A stretch of DNA of 64,000 nucleotides. Origin: Eledone cirrhosa. Lineage: Eukaryota. Made by a program: the position numbers and the translations under genes. Shown here piece after piece: positions 1-13,284 of the stretch; within the stretch, counting starts at the first letter, position 1, and each line of letters starts with the position of its first letter. The stretch is from contig OZ024764.1 in NCBI GenBank assembly GCA_964016885.1, positions 744,001 through 808,000 of the forward strand, written 5' to 3'. The notes under the pieces are model-generated. The model made no database searches, was not told the origin of the DNA, and saw nothing but the letters and a program-made list of their open reading frames with translations.

Positions 1-260
1 CATCATCATCATCATCATCAGTGGCAGTCTCAGGAGGTGAAGCTTAATGCACCGGGGAGTTATGTCTAATCACTGGTGACGTCTGCTGTGACTGTGCAGG
101 CCGATGCATGAGTGACAGTCCTTGTTGCACTTGGTGTAGATATATGTAGAACCCTCGGTTGTTGATATGTCTGCGATGTGCTTTATCCGGTCCCTTTTTT
201 TCTGCTGCAATTGATCTCTTTTCACATCTGCATCCGTGATGCCCTTGTCGACAGTCTTAA
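1..260 (-). mobile_element. RTE-clade LINE 3' end (C2H2-like finger plus (GAT)n tail)
   Basis: Minus frame reads YICTKCNKDCHSCIGLHSHSRR-like, then a short UTR and a (GAT)n tail seen as (CAT)n at 1-20. Confidence 0.7.
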
Positions 261-554
261 ACAGGCAGGGGCAACCTTTTTCAAGCAGTGAGCTGCATAG
301 GATGTGGCCCATCATATGATTCAATTTTGGAATTAGGAGTGCCATTCAAAACGCCAGACGGGCCGCGTGTGGCTTGAGGGCTGTGGACTGCCTGGTCTAA
401 CGCCAGGTCCTGCGTCTCCCCCCAGGAGGGATGTTGCAGGCTTTCATGTTTCTCTAGAAGTAGGAGAGTCTAGTTACTGGCAATGTTGGCTCCAGACTGG
501 GCATGTTGGTGGTCCTGTCAGCCAGTATCTGTTGTGTGGTCTTTAACATACATA

Positions 555-880
555 GGGGTTGCATTGACGAACATTACACTCTGGTATTTATTTCTATCAT
601 ACCATGAGTTGATTTTATTTGCCTTATTCCTGATCCTTTCGATCCTGTTCCAAAATGTGCTCCTGTACAGGGGCACTCATTGTGAAGGGCCGTCCACGTT
701 CCTGTGCCAGTGCGCTGCCAACAGGACTGGTTTTAAATAGAATAAGATAGAGTTGACACTGACGCAGCCCTTGCGCAGGTGGTGCCTTATTCTCAATCCT
801 TTCTATCCTGTTCCATAATTTGCTCCTATATATGGGTCGAGTCCCTTTCGCATCATTTCCTACATTTTTTGTTTTCTGTT
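555..880 (-). mobile_element. Penelope-like element fragments (RT-EN linker), locally duplicated
   Basis: Minus frames GNDAKGTRPIYRSKLWNRIERIENK and WNRIERIRNKANKINSWYDRNKYQSVMFVNATP resemble the PLE linker region. Confidence 0.5.
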
Positions 881-1189
881 CTAACTATATTATATCTCTA
901 CACGCTTACACGGCCATCTACATCACCTCTCGATTACCATCTTCACCAGTCTTATCCTGTAGGATTTCAACCACCAGCTCAACCCCGAATCAATTCGCCG
1001 TGACCGACTTTTTCACTTTTCCCCAAACTCTCTCCCAAAACTTTTTCTCTCAGTCTCCCATTTTTCTGTTTGTAGTTCCATACATGTTTATGATAATTTT
1101 GTATTGATTTTTTCCTCCCCCATCTCTGTTTATCCTATTTGCATTCACCCCTTTCGTTCCACTTCCCCCTTGCACCACACGGTACTCCT

Positions 1190-2950
1190 CTCCTCCACCG
1201 CACCCACCATGCCCAGCCTGAAATCCTTCCTCCACCAACTCCACACCACCCGCCTTAAACACTTCCTCGGCCCTCCAACTCTCCTCTTCGTGAACACCCG
1301 GCATTCCAGCCCCCCCCCCCCCCCCCCCCACGGCTTCCGACTGCACTCCTCATGTCTCCACCATCCGCGACCTTCACTTCAAACTCTCCCAACACTCCAT
1401 CCTCCTCTTCTTCCTCACCTCCACCAAAGCCCTTAATCTACACTCACCCCCCCCCCTCCATATCACCCTCCCCCACACACACTTTTCACCACACCCTTTG
1501 ACCTCGCCCTCTCCACACCTGACCAACGACCATCTCCTTGGACGCCGGCGCCTGCCGTAGCACAGGAAGTCTCCTCGCACTCACTCCGCAGCCAAGATGA
1601 CATCGTCATCAAACGCGCGGACAAGGGAGGTGCAGTGGTGATGTGGCGCCCTGACCTCTACACGGCCGAAGCCCTCGGGCTGTTCCGTACCGCCCTCTAC
1701 CAACACCTCGTCTCCTCCCTGCCACCTCATCGTCTGCACCCCCACCACCTACTTCCTCCCCAACATTCACAACCCCGTCCCATCGTCTCTGCCTGCAACT
1801 GGCCCACACAGCTCATCTCCGCCTATCTTGACTCCACCCTCCTCCCACATCTCCAACCACGCCCTTCGCCTGTTCGTCTCCCTCACTTTCCCACCCTCCT
1901 CTTCACCCTACATGTCAAGTCCCTCTATACTGTCATCTCCCACGACGACGTCCTGCGTGCTCCAGCAAAACCTCGACCTTTCTCCCCCCATCCCCTGCAC
2001 CCCCACCCGAGCTGGTCCTCACCCTCAACTGCTTCTCCTTGTCGGGTGAGTTTTACCATCGGGTCACTGGGGTAGCCATCGGCCCAAATCTTTGCTCAGT
2101 GCCCCGGCCCCATGCCCGAGCTGTACAGTCGGTTCATCGACGACTGAATCGGGACCACGACCCTCAACTCCTTTCTCCCCTTCCACCACCCACTGCTCCC
2201 TTGTCACCTCCGCCTTCTTCACCTCCCACCCTACACATACCAAATACTCCATTCCCTACTCCCCCGGATCCACCGCCGAGGGGCTGACTTCGAGTCTCAG
2301 GCCCTTGCTCTCTAGTCAGCGATTTAATCTGGATATGTTTCCCCCCCCCCCTCGCTCGCGCCCCCCACCCACCATCTCACCTACCACCCCTTTACCACAC
2401 CATCCTCCACCTCCCCCATCTTCCCATCCCCACCCTCCAAACGCGCATGCCACCTCCGCAGCTCCCTACCTCCAACCGCCAATCCCGGTTCCCTTCCCAG
2501 CTCCAAGCCCCTCTGCCCCACCTGCCCCCATATCACCAACACCAACACCACCACCTTCCAGTGTCCCAACGGCCACCTTCCAGTGTCCCAACGGCCACCT
2601 TCCGCTGCCCCTCCTCCAACCATGTCTACGGAATTCTCTGCACGGAGTGCAGCACAGCCTATGTCGGACAGACCGGACGTCGCCTGGCGGATTGGTTCAC
2701 GGAGACCCTCCGAGAGATTCGTCTCGGGGGGGGGGGGGAGTTCCCCTAGACACTCCGCCCACCTCCTCACAGTCTGGCCTGATCGAATTCCATGGGACAC
2801 CCGCCACCTGCCTTGGGGTCGAACAACACATCTTCACCCTACAGATCCACACACACACCCCAGCCTTTAGCCTTCGACCGTCTCCCCACCCCGCTTCCTT
2901 TAGCCTTTGACCGTCTCCCTCCCCTACACCCACACCCTATCAACACCACT
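1190..2950 (+). mobile_element. Degenerate Penelope-like retroelement (RT + GIY-YIG endonuclease), copy 1
   Basis: Collinear motifs IVIKRADKGGAVV, RPIVSACNWPTQLISAYLD, LFTLHVKSLYT, GVAIG, HPTHTKYSIPYS and VYGILCTECSTAYVGQTGRRLAD (GIY-YIG); many frameshifts and deletions. Confidence 0.9.
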
Positions 2951-3050
2951 AAAACACTCCCAAGATTCTATTCAAAGTAAAAAAAGAGTGTCTGAAAAGG
3001 CCCGTTTCACCCTATCAATGGAGACAGTTTCTTTTGCACATCGCGAATAT

Positions 3051-4444
3051 AAGGGCCTTATTTAAAACTATGGGCGAGATTGTAGAGTAGTAACTAGCAA
3101 GGGCCTTATTTAAAACTATGGGCGAGATTGTAGAGTAGTAACTAGCAAGGGCCTTATTTAAAACTATGGGCGAGATTGTAGAGTAGTAACTAGCAAGGGC
3201 CTTATTTAAAACTATGGGCGAGATTGTAGAGTAGTAACTAGCAAGGGCCGTATTTAAAACTATGGGCGAGATTGTAGAGTAGTAACTAGCAAGGGCCTTA
3301 TTTAAAACTATGGGCGAGATTGTAGAGTAGTAACTAGCAAGGGCCTTATTTAAAACTATGGGCGAAATTGTAGAGTAGTAACTAGCAAGGGCCTTATTTA
3401 AAACTATGGGCGAGATTGTAGAGTAGTAACTAGCAAGGGCCTTATTTAAAACTATGGGCGAAATTGTAGAGAAGTAACTAGCAAGGGCCTTATTTAAAAC
3501 TATGGGCGAGATTGTAGAGTAGTAACTAGCAAGGGCCTTATTTAAAACTATGAGCGAGATTGTAGAGAAGTAACTAGCAAGGGCCTTATTTACAACTATG
3601 GGCGAGATTGTAGAGTAGTAACTAGCAAGGGCCTTATTTAAAACTATAGGCGAGATTGTAGAGTAGTAACTAGGAAGGGCCTTATTTAAAACTATGGGCG
3701 AAATTGTAGAGAAGTAACTAGCAAGGGCCTTATTTACAACTATGGGCGAGATTGTAGAGTAGTAACTAGCAAGGGCCTTATTTACAACTATGGGCGAGAT
3801 TGTAGAGTAGTAACTAGCAAGGGCCTTATTTACAACTATGAGCGAGATTGTAGAGAAGTAACTAGCAAGGGCCTTATTTACAACTATGGGCGAGATTGTA
3901 GAGTAGTAACTAGCAAGGGCCTTATTTACAACTATGGGCGAGATTGTAGAGTAGTAACTAGCAAGGGCCTTATTTAAAACTATGGGCGAAATTGTAGAGT
4001 AGTAACTAGCAAGGGCCTTATTTAAAACTATAGGCGAGATTGTAGAGTAGTAACTAGCAAGGGCCTTATTTAAAACTATGGGCGAAATTGTAGAGTAGTA
4101 ACTAGCAAGGGCCTTATTTAAAACTATAGGCGAGATTGTAGAGTAGTAACTAGCAAGGGCCTTATTTAAAACTATGGGCGAGATTGTAGAGTAGTAACTA
4201 GCAAGGGCCTTATTTAAAACTATGGGCGAGATTGTAGAGTAGTAACTAGCAAGGGCCTTATTTAAAACTATGGGCGAGATTGTAGAGTAGTAACTAGCAA
4301 GGGCCTTATTTAAAACTATGGGCGAGATTGTAGAGTAGTAACTAGCAAGGGCCTTATTTAAAACTATGGGCGAGATTGTAGAGTAGTAACTAGCAAGGGC
4401 CTTATTTAAAACTATGGGCGAGATTGTAGAGTAGTAACTAGCAA
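3051..4444. repeat. 48-bp minisatellite, about 29 copies
   Basis: Unit aagggccttatttaaaactatgggcgagattgtagagtagtaactagc. Confidence 0.97.
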
Positions 4445-4736
4445 TATCCAGTTGGATAAAGATAGTTCTACTCTTCCCAGGTAATAGCTGTAAACCACTC
4501 TATCACCTCACCTCACCAATACAGGACCATAAAAAAATTTTTTTTTAAATGAAGGCCGACCAACCTTACCGGCCGGTCAGTCTTCACTCTTTTTTTAGTT
4601 TATTACATTACAAATTATTACAAATGTTAATATAATCTCTAGGATTTTACAAGTTATATAATCAATGATAAAATAATTAAAAAAATTATAATTCTTCATT
4701 AAATTCAATTGGTGATGGTGCTCTTCTTGATGATTG

Positions 4737-6080
4737 CATCTCCTTGGACGCCGGCGCCTGCCGTAGCACAGGAAGTCTCCTCGCACTCACTCCGCAGCCA
4801 AGATGACATCGTCATCAAACGCGCGGACAAGGGAGGTGCCGTGGTGATGTGGCGCCCTGACCTCTACACGGCCGAAGCCCTCGGGCAGTTCCGTACCGCC
4901 CTCTACCAACACCTCGTCTCCTCCCTGCCGCCTCATCGTCTGCACCCCCACCACCTACTTCCTCCCCAACATTCACAACCCCGTCCCATCGTCTCTGCCT
5001 GCAACTGGCCCACACAGCTCATCTCCGCCTTTCTTGACTCCACCCTCCTCCCACATCTCCAACCACGCCCTTCGCCTGTTCGTCTCCCTCACTTTCCCAC
5101 CCTCCTCTTCACCCTACATGTCAAGTCCCTCTATACTGTCATCTCCCACGACGACGTCCTGCGTGCTCCAGCAAAACCTCGACCTTTCTCCCCCCATCCC
5201 CTGCACCCCCACCCGAGCTGGTCCTCACCCTCAACTGCTTCTCCTTGTCGGGTGAGTTTTACCATCGGGTCACTGGGGTAGCCATCGGCCCAAATCTTTG
5301 CTCAGTGCCCCGGCCCCATGCCCGAGCTGTACAGTCGGTTCATCGACGACTGAATCGGGACCACGACCCTCAACTCCTTTCTCCCCTTCCACCACCCACT
5401 GCTCCCTTGTCACCTCCACCTTCTTCACCTCCCACCCTACACATACCAAATACTCCATTCCCTACTCCCCCGGATCCACCGCCGAGGGGCTGACTTCGAG
5501 TCTCAGGCCCTTGCTCTCTAGTCAGCGATTTAATCTGGATATGTCCCCCCCCCCATCTTCCCATCCCCACCCTCCTTCAAACGCGCATGCCACCTCCGCA
5601 GCTCCCTACCTCCAACCGCCAATCCCGGTTCCCTTCCCAGCTCCAGGCCCCTCTGCCCCACCTGCCCCCATATCACCAACACCACCACCTTCCAGTGTCC
5701 CAACGGCCACCTTCCGCTGCCCCTCCTCCAACCATGTCTACGGAATTCTCTGCACGGAGTGCAGCACAGCCTATGTCGGACAGACCGGACGTCGCCTGGC
5801 GGATTGGTTCACGGAGACCCTCCGAGAGATTCGTCTCGGGGGGGGGGAGTTCCCCTAGATACTCCGCCCACCTCCTCACAGTCTGGCCTGATCGAATTCC
5901 ATGGGACACCCGCCACCTGCCTTGGGGTCGAACAACACATCTTCACCCTACAGATCCACACACACCCCCCAGCCTGAACTCCCCAGCCTTTAGCCTTCGA
6001 CCGTCTCCCCACCCCGCTTCCTTTAGCCTTTGACCGTCTCCCTCCCCTACACCCACACCCTATCAACACCACTAAAACAC
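4737..6080 (+). mobile_element. Degenerate Penelope-like retroelement, copy 2 (from segmental duplication)
   Basis: Near-identical to 1531-2960 with the same RT and GIY-YIG motifs. Confidence 0.9.
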
Positions 6081-6139
6081 TCCCAAGATTCTATTCAAAG
6101 TAAAAAAAGAGTGTCTGAAAAGGCCCGTTTCACCCTATC

Positions 6140-9100
6140 AATGGAGACAGTTTCTTTTGCACATCGCGAATATAAAGGCCTTATTTAAAACTATGGGCGA
6201 GATTGTAGAGTAGTAACTAGCAAGGGCCTTATTTAAAACTATGGGCGAGATTGTAGAGTAGTAACTAGCAAAGGCCTTATTTAAAACTATGGGCGAGATT
6301 GTAGAGTAATAACTAGCAAGGGCCTTATTTAAAACTATGGGCGAGATTGTAGAGTAGTAACTAGCAAAGGCCTTATTTAAAACTATGGGCGAGATTGTAG
6401 AGTAGTAACTAGCAAGGGCCTTATTTAAAACTATAGGCGAGATTGTAGAGTAGTAACTAGCAAAGGCCTTATTTAAAACTATGGGCGAGATTGTAGAGTA
6501 GTAACTAGCAAAGGCCTTATTTAAAACTATGGGCGAGATTGTAGAGTAGTAACTAGCAAGGGCCTTATTTAAAACTATGGGCGAGATTGTAGAGTAGTAA
6601 CTAGCAAGGGCCTTATTTAAAACTATGGGCGAGATTGTAGAGTAGTAACTAGCAAGGGCCTTATTTAAAACTATAGGCGAGATTGTAGAGTAGTAACTAG
6701 CAAGGGCCTTATTTAAAACTATGGGCGAGATTGTAGAGTAGTAACTAGCAAGGGCCTTATTTAAAACTATGGGCGAGATTGTAGAGTAGTAACTAGCAAG
6801 GGCCTTATTTAAAACTATGGGCGACATTGTAGAGTAGTAACTAACAAGGGCCTTATTTAAAACTATGGGCGAAATTGTAGAGTAGTAACTAGCAAGGGCC
6901 TTATTTAAAACTATGGGCGAGATTGTAGAGTAGTAACTAGCAAGGGCCTTATTTAAAACTATGGGCGAGATTGTAGAGTAGTAACTAGCAAGGGCCTTAT
7001 TTAAAACTATAGGCGAGATTGTAGAGTAGTAACTAGCAAGGGCCTTATTTAAAACTATGGGCGAAATTGTAGAGTAGTAACTAGCAAGGGCCTTATTTAA
7101 AACTATGGGCGAGATTGTAGAGTAGTAACTAGCAAGGGCCTTATTTAAAACTATAGGCGAGATTGTAGAGTAGTAACTAGCAAGGGCCTTATTTAAAACT
7201 ATGGGCGAGATTGTAGAGTAGTAACTAGCAAGGGCCTTATTTAAAACTATGGGCGAGATTGTAGAGTAGTAACTAGCAAGGGCCTTATTTAAAACTATGG
7301 GCGAGATTGTAGAGTAGTAACTAGCAAGGGCCTTATTTAAAACTATGGGCGAGATTGTAGAGTAGTAACTAGCAAGGGCCTTATTTAAAACTATGGGCGA
7401 GATTGTAGAGTAGTAACTAGCAAGGGCCTTATTTAAAACTATGGGCGAGATTGTAGAGTAGTAACTAGCAAGGGCCTTATTTAAAACTATAGGCGAGATT
7501 GTAGAGTAGTAACTAGCAAGGGCCTTATTTAAAACTATAGGCGAGATTGTAGAGTAGTAACTAGCAAGGGCCTTATTTAAAACTATGGGCGAGATTGTAG
7601 AGTAGTAACTAGCAAGGGCCTTATTTAAAACTATAGGCGAGATTGTAGAGTAGTAACTAGCAAGGGCCTTATTTAAAACTATAGGCGAGATTGTAGAGTA
7701 GTAACTAGCAAGGGCCTTATTTAAAACTATGGGCGAAATTGTAGAGTAGTAACTAGCAAGGGCCTTATTTAAAACTATAGGCGAGATTGTAGAGTAATAA
7801 CTAGCAAGGGCCTTATTTAAAACTATAGGCGAGATTGTAGAGTAGTAACTAGCAAGGGCCTTATTTAAAACTATAGGCGAGATTGTAGAGTAGTAACTAG
7901 CAAGGGCCTTATTTAAAACTATAGGCGAGATTGTAGAGTAATAACTAGCAAGGGCCTTATTTAAAACTATAGGCGAGATTGTAGAGTAGTAACTAGCAAG
8001 GGCCTTATTTAAAACTATAGGCGAAATTGTAGAGTAGTAACTAGCAAGGGCCTTATTTAAAACTATAGGCGAGATTGTAGAGTAATAACTAGCAAGGGCC
8101 TTATTTAAAACTATGGGCGAAATTGTAGAGTAGTAACTAGCAAGGGCCTTATTTAAAACTATGGGCGAGATTGTAGAGTAGTAACTAGCAAGGGCCTTAT
8201 TTACAACTATGAGCGAGATTGTAGAGTAGTAACTAGCAAGGGCCTTATTTAAAACTATGGGCGAGATTGTAGAGTAGTAACTAGCAAGGGCCTTATTTAC
8301 AACTATGAGCGAGATTGTAGAGTAGTAACTAGCAAGGGCCTTATTTAAAACTATGGGCGAGATTGTAGAGTAGTAACTAGCAAGGGCCTTATTTAAAACT
8401 ATGGGCGAGATTGTAGAGTAGTAACTAGCAAGGGCCTTATTTAAAACTATGGGCGAGATTGTAGAGTAGTAACTAGCAATATCCAGTTGGATAAAGATAG
8501 TTCTACTCTTCCCAGGTAATAGCTGTAAACCACTCTATCACCTCACCTCACCAATACAGGACCATAGCTGTAATTTAGGGGGTTTTTTTCTTAATTATTG
8601 CCAGAATCCTATCGAGTATGCTTTTGCTGATTACCTCCAAATCAGACTTTGAAGGGAGCTATTACACTAACTGGTAGGTCAGACTCAAAGTTGGGTCTAT
8701 GGTCCTTAATGGTAATCCTGAAGTGAAGTTGTAGCGGGGTTGTTGGAGATGAATAAAGACGACACATACAATAATTTTGGTTAGAGATATAATCTTGTAT
8801 GTGAGTCACCGACAATGTGGGGGTTGGTAACATAGTGTGCTTCTTGGTTGATGTGACCACATGGGAAATTTAGGTCCTGTTGTAGGTCATCTCTTGGTGG
8901 CCTTGATGGGGAGAGAAACTGGGAAAACATTTCTTTCACTACAATCCTTGACTCCCTCGGTTGGTACAGTGCCATCCTCTCATTGATTCAGAGTCTGGAT
9001 AGTATGTCATATGCCTTGGTATTGATGTCCTCAAGGGTTACCCCAGAGGGGTTTTTTAACCCTCAGTTTCTTCAGAATTAGGTGGTATATATTAATGTCG

Positions 9101-9400
9101 CTGCTGTCAATGTTAGTTTTGTCAGCAAGGACAAGTATTCTGGCCAACTCTCTTTGGTGGTTCCTTTCTTTCACCTCCTCAGCTACTCTGACCCTAGAAA
9201 GGGCTATTAGAGAATTTAAGGTTTGAAATGATGTTAACCATCTCGTTGTCAAACTCCTCCAAGGGTCTGTTAAGGGGAGGGTTTCTCCTTGATTTCAACA
9301 TGTACTCCCAATTCTGGGTTGGTAACATTGGGTGTTGCCTAGTTGATGTGGAACATCCTCCATCACATCCTTCAGTTTTATATATAGCCCACAGTGGTTG
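6140..9400 (-). mobile_element. Second Penelope-like family (N-terminus to RT motif A), interrupted by the 48-bp array
   Basis: Minus-strand pieces EEFDNEMVNIISNLKF, ILVLADKTN, ITIKDHRPNF, PSKSDLEVISKSILDRIL, IEWF, TIFIQLDIASYYSTISPIVLNKA(L/F)IFA in the order expected for a PLE RT. Confidence 0.8.
6173..8479. repeat. 48-bp minisatellite, about 48 copies
   Basis: Same unit and flanks as 3051-4444. Confidence 0.97.
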
Positions 9401-9409
9401 TGTTGGGGT

Positions 9410-9755
9410 CACCGAAAAGTACCAAGTCCATTGTCTAAGGTGGTCAAGTAGGGGTCACTACGAAAAGTACCAAGTCCATTGTCTAAGGTGGTCAAGTAGG
9501 GGTCACTACGAAAAGTACCAAGTCCATTGTCTAAGGTGGTCAAGTAGGGGTCACTACGAAAAGTACCAAGTCCACTGTCTAAGGTGGTCAAGTAGGGGTC
9601 ACTACGAAAAGTACCAAGTCCACTGTCTAAGGTGGTCAAGTAGGGGTCACTACGAAAAGTACCAAGTCCACTGTCTAAGGTGGTCAAGTAGGGGTCACTA
9701 CGAAAAGTACCAAGTCCACTGTCTTAGGTGGTCAAGTAGGGGTCACTACGAAAAG
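9410..9755. repeat. 48-bp minisatellite (second family), about 7 copies
   Basis: Unit gaaaagtaccaagtcca(t/c)tgtctaaggtggtcaagtaggggtcactac. Confidence 0.95.
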
Positions 9756-9759
9756 GTAT

Positions 9760-10960
9760 GACTATCAGCAACAAGGAGCATGCTCGGGGCTCCATACGAC
9801 AGGTAGACCAGCGCGTAGCAGAGGGGTTTCGGCTGAGGCAGGCCTCAGATGGTCCCAGCGTAAGCAGTTGAAGGCATTACTCATGTTAAGTTTGGCTATG
9901 AGGTCCCTGGATGCCAGTTCTGGTGGGCAGCTATTGAAGAACTGCTTGGTTGCATGTGCGGCCCCTTCACAGCCAACGAACACGCCGACTCCCAGTTGCA
10001 CTGGACTGAACTCCTCACCTAGTTCAGGTGTTATGGACCTGCAGGCCACCTTAGCAGCGATCCTCCGGAAGACGCCCACAGCGATGGGGCATATGCCACC
10101 CTCTTTCTTCCTGAGAGCGGTCAGGCTAGCCGAAAAAAAGAGGCCTCGGGCGTGAGGGACCTGGGTGCCATGAATAAGCCTATTGGTGAGTCCCACAGTT
10201 GCACTCAGAAGGTGACCCCCCAGCGTCAGCGGAGACGGGGGCGTAGCAAATCCATGAGGTGGCCTGGTCGGTGGTCATCAGCACCTCTGCTGGCTGGGAA
10301 GGACTTGATGGTAGACATGATGTCTGCGCCAGAAGCAAGTGAAGCTGAGGTGTGGGTATGGGTCTAAGGTAAGCGGGTGACTCAGGGTGCTTGAGTCGCA
10401 GGGCATCCGGGACCTCCTTCGTGGGTTGGAGGACAGTGTCCTCCACGGCTCTGACTGCAGCCGAGACATCACCCATGATTAATTTGGCATTTACGCGGTC
10501 ACGTAAACGCTTGGCGCTGGCCTTGGGGGATGGGCGCTTGCCCAGGGGTCGAAACATTGGCCTTGACAAAATCTGTTGTTTACAGGCTGCCTCGGTCAGC
10601 GCCGGAGTTGGGGAGGGCGAGTGGAGCGAAATAGAAGAGTCGCTCCCAGTTGCTGGCTCGATTGGAGTCCAGGGCACTCTCAATTGAGGAAGCGAGGGCT
10701 TCAGCTACCGGCACCTGTTTTCGGGATCTTTCCGGAGCCGCCTGAGACCAGCGAGGCTTGGGGCACCAGACAAGCTCGCTGTCCTATCTGGTGGTGTGCC
10801 AGACGGCCGTGGCTGGGCAGACGAGGGGAAGGGACAGTTTCTGCATTTCGCCGCATCAAGCCAATACAAGTGAAGTGGTGGAAGCAGCCGCACCTCGAAC
10901 AATTCCGGCCCTTCTGCCGCCTGTTCGTAGTGTTGACTGGTGGGGATGGAGGATGGGGCG
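9760..10960 (-). mobile_element. CRE-clade non-LTR retrotransposon remnant (PHD-like N-terminus + RT)
   Basis: CSRCGCFHHFTCIGL; ALRLKHP; FFSASLTALRKKEGGICPIAVG-FRRIAAK; QLGVGVFVGCEGAAHA; KLNMSNAFN. Confidence 0.85.
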
Positions 10961-11329
10961 TAGAGCTGGGGGCTGGGGCACCAAGTGGCATCAAGAGTGG
11001 GTGGGTGGCTGGTTTTCATCAGCCTGGGTGCTCAGCTCAACTGTATGTGGGTGGAAGGGAAAGTGCTGATGAGTGAGGCCTCAGAAGACAAGATAGAAAG
11101 GGGGGAGGTATGGAGGGGACACACGAGAAAGTAGAAAATTAGTGAATGAAGGAACAAATAGAAAACTGGGGCTTGTTCCCAGGAGAAAGACCCAGAGATC
11201 TGCAGGCACGCCTGAAAGCATGTTAGCAGTTTCTCGTAGAAGCAGGGGTTATCAGAAAGGAAGTGTTTTCCATTCATATCTAGTTTTGTTCTTAAGGGTG
11301 CTGCGGTTGTCATGGACTCCGAGGTAGAC

Positions 11330-11460
11330 AACACCAGGCAATGTCTCACAGCCGCTGTCCCTAGTATCGACATCAGCCAAGTTCCATTTATACAAATCCC
11401 TCTTCACCCACGTCTTCCTTGGTCTGCTGCGATCTCTAGCGCCAGGGATTGCCACGTGAG
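11330..11460 (-). mobile_element. RTE LINE C-terminal fragment
   Basis: GARDRSRPRKTW-VKRDL motif. Confidence 0.5.
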
Positions 11461-11638
11461 TGATGGAGTTGATGCTAATATCGAATCTATGAGATTTCGA
11501 TATTATTTATTTTGAGAACAATACCTTAACATCAGTATGAATAGCCAGTTACAGCTGGTTTCAACAGAAAGAGGTGAGAGATTTCTGGCTGTCCACAATG
11601 TTCCTGAGTATGATATTTAGAAAGGCTTAACTCTTTAC

Positions 11639-12550
11639 CATTTACATTACTCTATATATACTATTGTATTTTCACAGTAAAGGCTTTACCTCACATAACA
11701 TTTACATTACTCTATATATACTATTGTATTTTCACAGTAAAGACTTTACCTCACATAATATCCCACATAACATTTACATTACTCTATATATACTATTGTA
11801 TTTTCACAGTAAAGACTTTACCTCACATAATATCTCACATAACATTTACATTACTCTATATATACTATTGTATTTTCACAGTAAAGACTTTACCTCACAT
11901 AATATCTCACATAACATTTACATTACTCTATATATACTATTGTATTGTCACAGTAAAGGCTTTACCTCACATAATATCTCACATAACATTTACATTACTC
12001 TATATATACTATTGTATTGTCACAGTAAAGGCTTTACCTCACATAATATCTCACATAACATTTACATTACTCTATATATACTATTGTATTGTCACAGTAA
12101 AGGCTTTACCTCACATAATATCTCACATAACATTTACATTACTCTATGTATACTATTGTATTGTCACAGTAAAGGCTTTACCTCACATAATATCTCACAT
12201 AACATTTACATTACTCTATGTATACTATTGTATTGTCACAGTAAAGGCTTTACCTCACATAATACCTCACATAACATTTACATTACTCTATATATACTAT
12301 TGTATTGTCACAGTAAAGGCTTTACCTCACATATCACACATAACATTTACATTACTCTATATATACTATTGTATTTTCACAGTAAAGGCTTTACCTCACA
12401 TAATATCTCACATAACATTTACATTACTCTATATATACTATTGTATTGTCACAGTAAAGGCTTTACCTCACATAATATCTCACATAACATTTACATTACT
12501 CTATATATACTATTGTATTTTCACAGTAAAGGCTTTACCTTACATAATAT
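11639..12550. repeat. 72-bp (60+12) AT-rich minisatellite, probably inside a TTAA-ended non-autonomous DNA element
   Basis: Unit catttacattactctatatatactattgtattttcacagtaaaggctttacctcacataatatctcacataa; begins after ttaactcttt; right flank shared with 46500-46630, which ends aaagggttaa. Confidence 0.9.
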
Positions 12551-13284
12551 TGAATCTATGAGATTTTGATATTATTTGTATTGAGAACAATACCTTAACA
12601 TCAGTATGAGAGGCCGGTTTGAACAGAAAGAGGTGAGATAAATTTAACCAGATGTGGCCGGTTTAAATACTAAAGGTTTTTACAAAAGTCATTTCTTTAA
12701 CCCAGTTAATATTTAGGCATTTAATAATTTGGTGAGCAACTTATGGCCCACCCTGTATTTCGTTAACGATGATGATGATGTTTTTTTTTTTTTTATAATA
12801 AATTTCTTGTCCCTGGTCATATCTTCAGAAATATCTTTGTAGTTTTGTCTGCAGGGTACAACCAAACGACAGTTCTGACCTAGGCACAACTGGTCACCCT
12901 CTCTTCTTATTTATGTCCTTTATAGTCCTTTCCACTACTTTCCCACCCACATCTGGTTCATTACTTAATTTTGTTTTTATGTTTTGTTTTTTTTTTTGTT
13001 TTTTTTTATATTTCCATCATTGTATAACTTGTGTCTGTAAATTACAGTTGATACTCAGCCGGGTGGCTGGAAGAGGCGAAAGTGTAAAATAATATGTTTA
13101 TATATAACAGATAGCAAAATATTTCCATCATTGTATAACTTGTGTCTGTAAAATATAGTTGACATGTTTAACAAGATAAATATATTATTACATTATGTAG
13201 AATCTAAATTGTACAATAATGTCAAATGTTTGATATAATAAAATATACTTCTCCACTCTGATACAAAACTGTTCGTTAAGTGTT

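Noticed and set aside
1-20. CATCATCA start resembling an adenovirus terminus
   Set aside because: It is the (GAT)n tail of the adjacent RTE element and coincides with the arbitrary window edge.
3051-8479. Regular arrays as CRISPR; 229-aa ORF 6138-6827 as a gene
   Set aside because: Head-to-tail units with no unique spacers, eukaryotic context and no cas genes; the ORF is the repeated RT segment.
11664-12569. 301-aa ORF, and the 333/335-aa ORFs at 45510-46519
   Set aside because: Stop-free translations of a 72-bp repeat, open in several frames.
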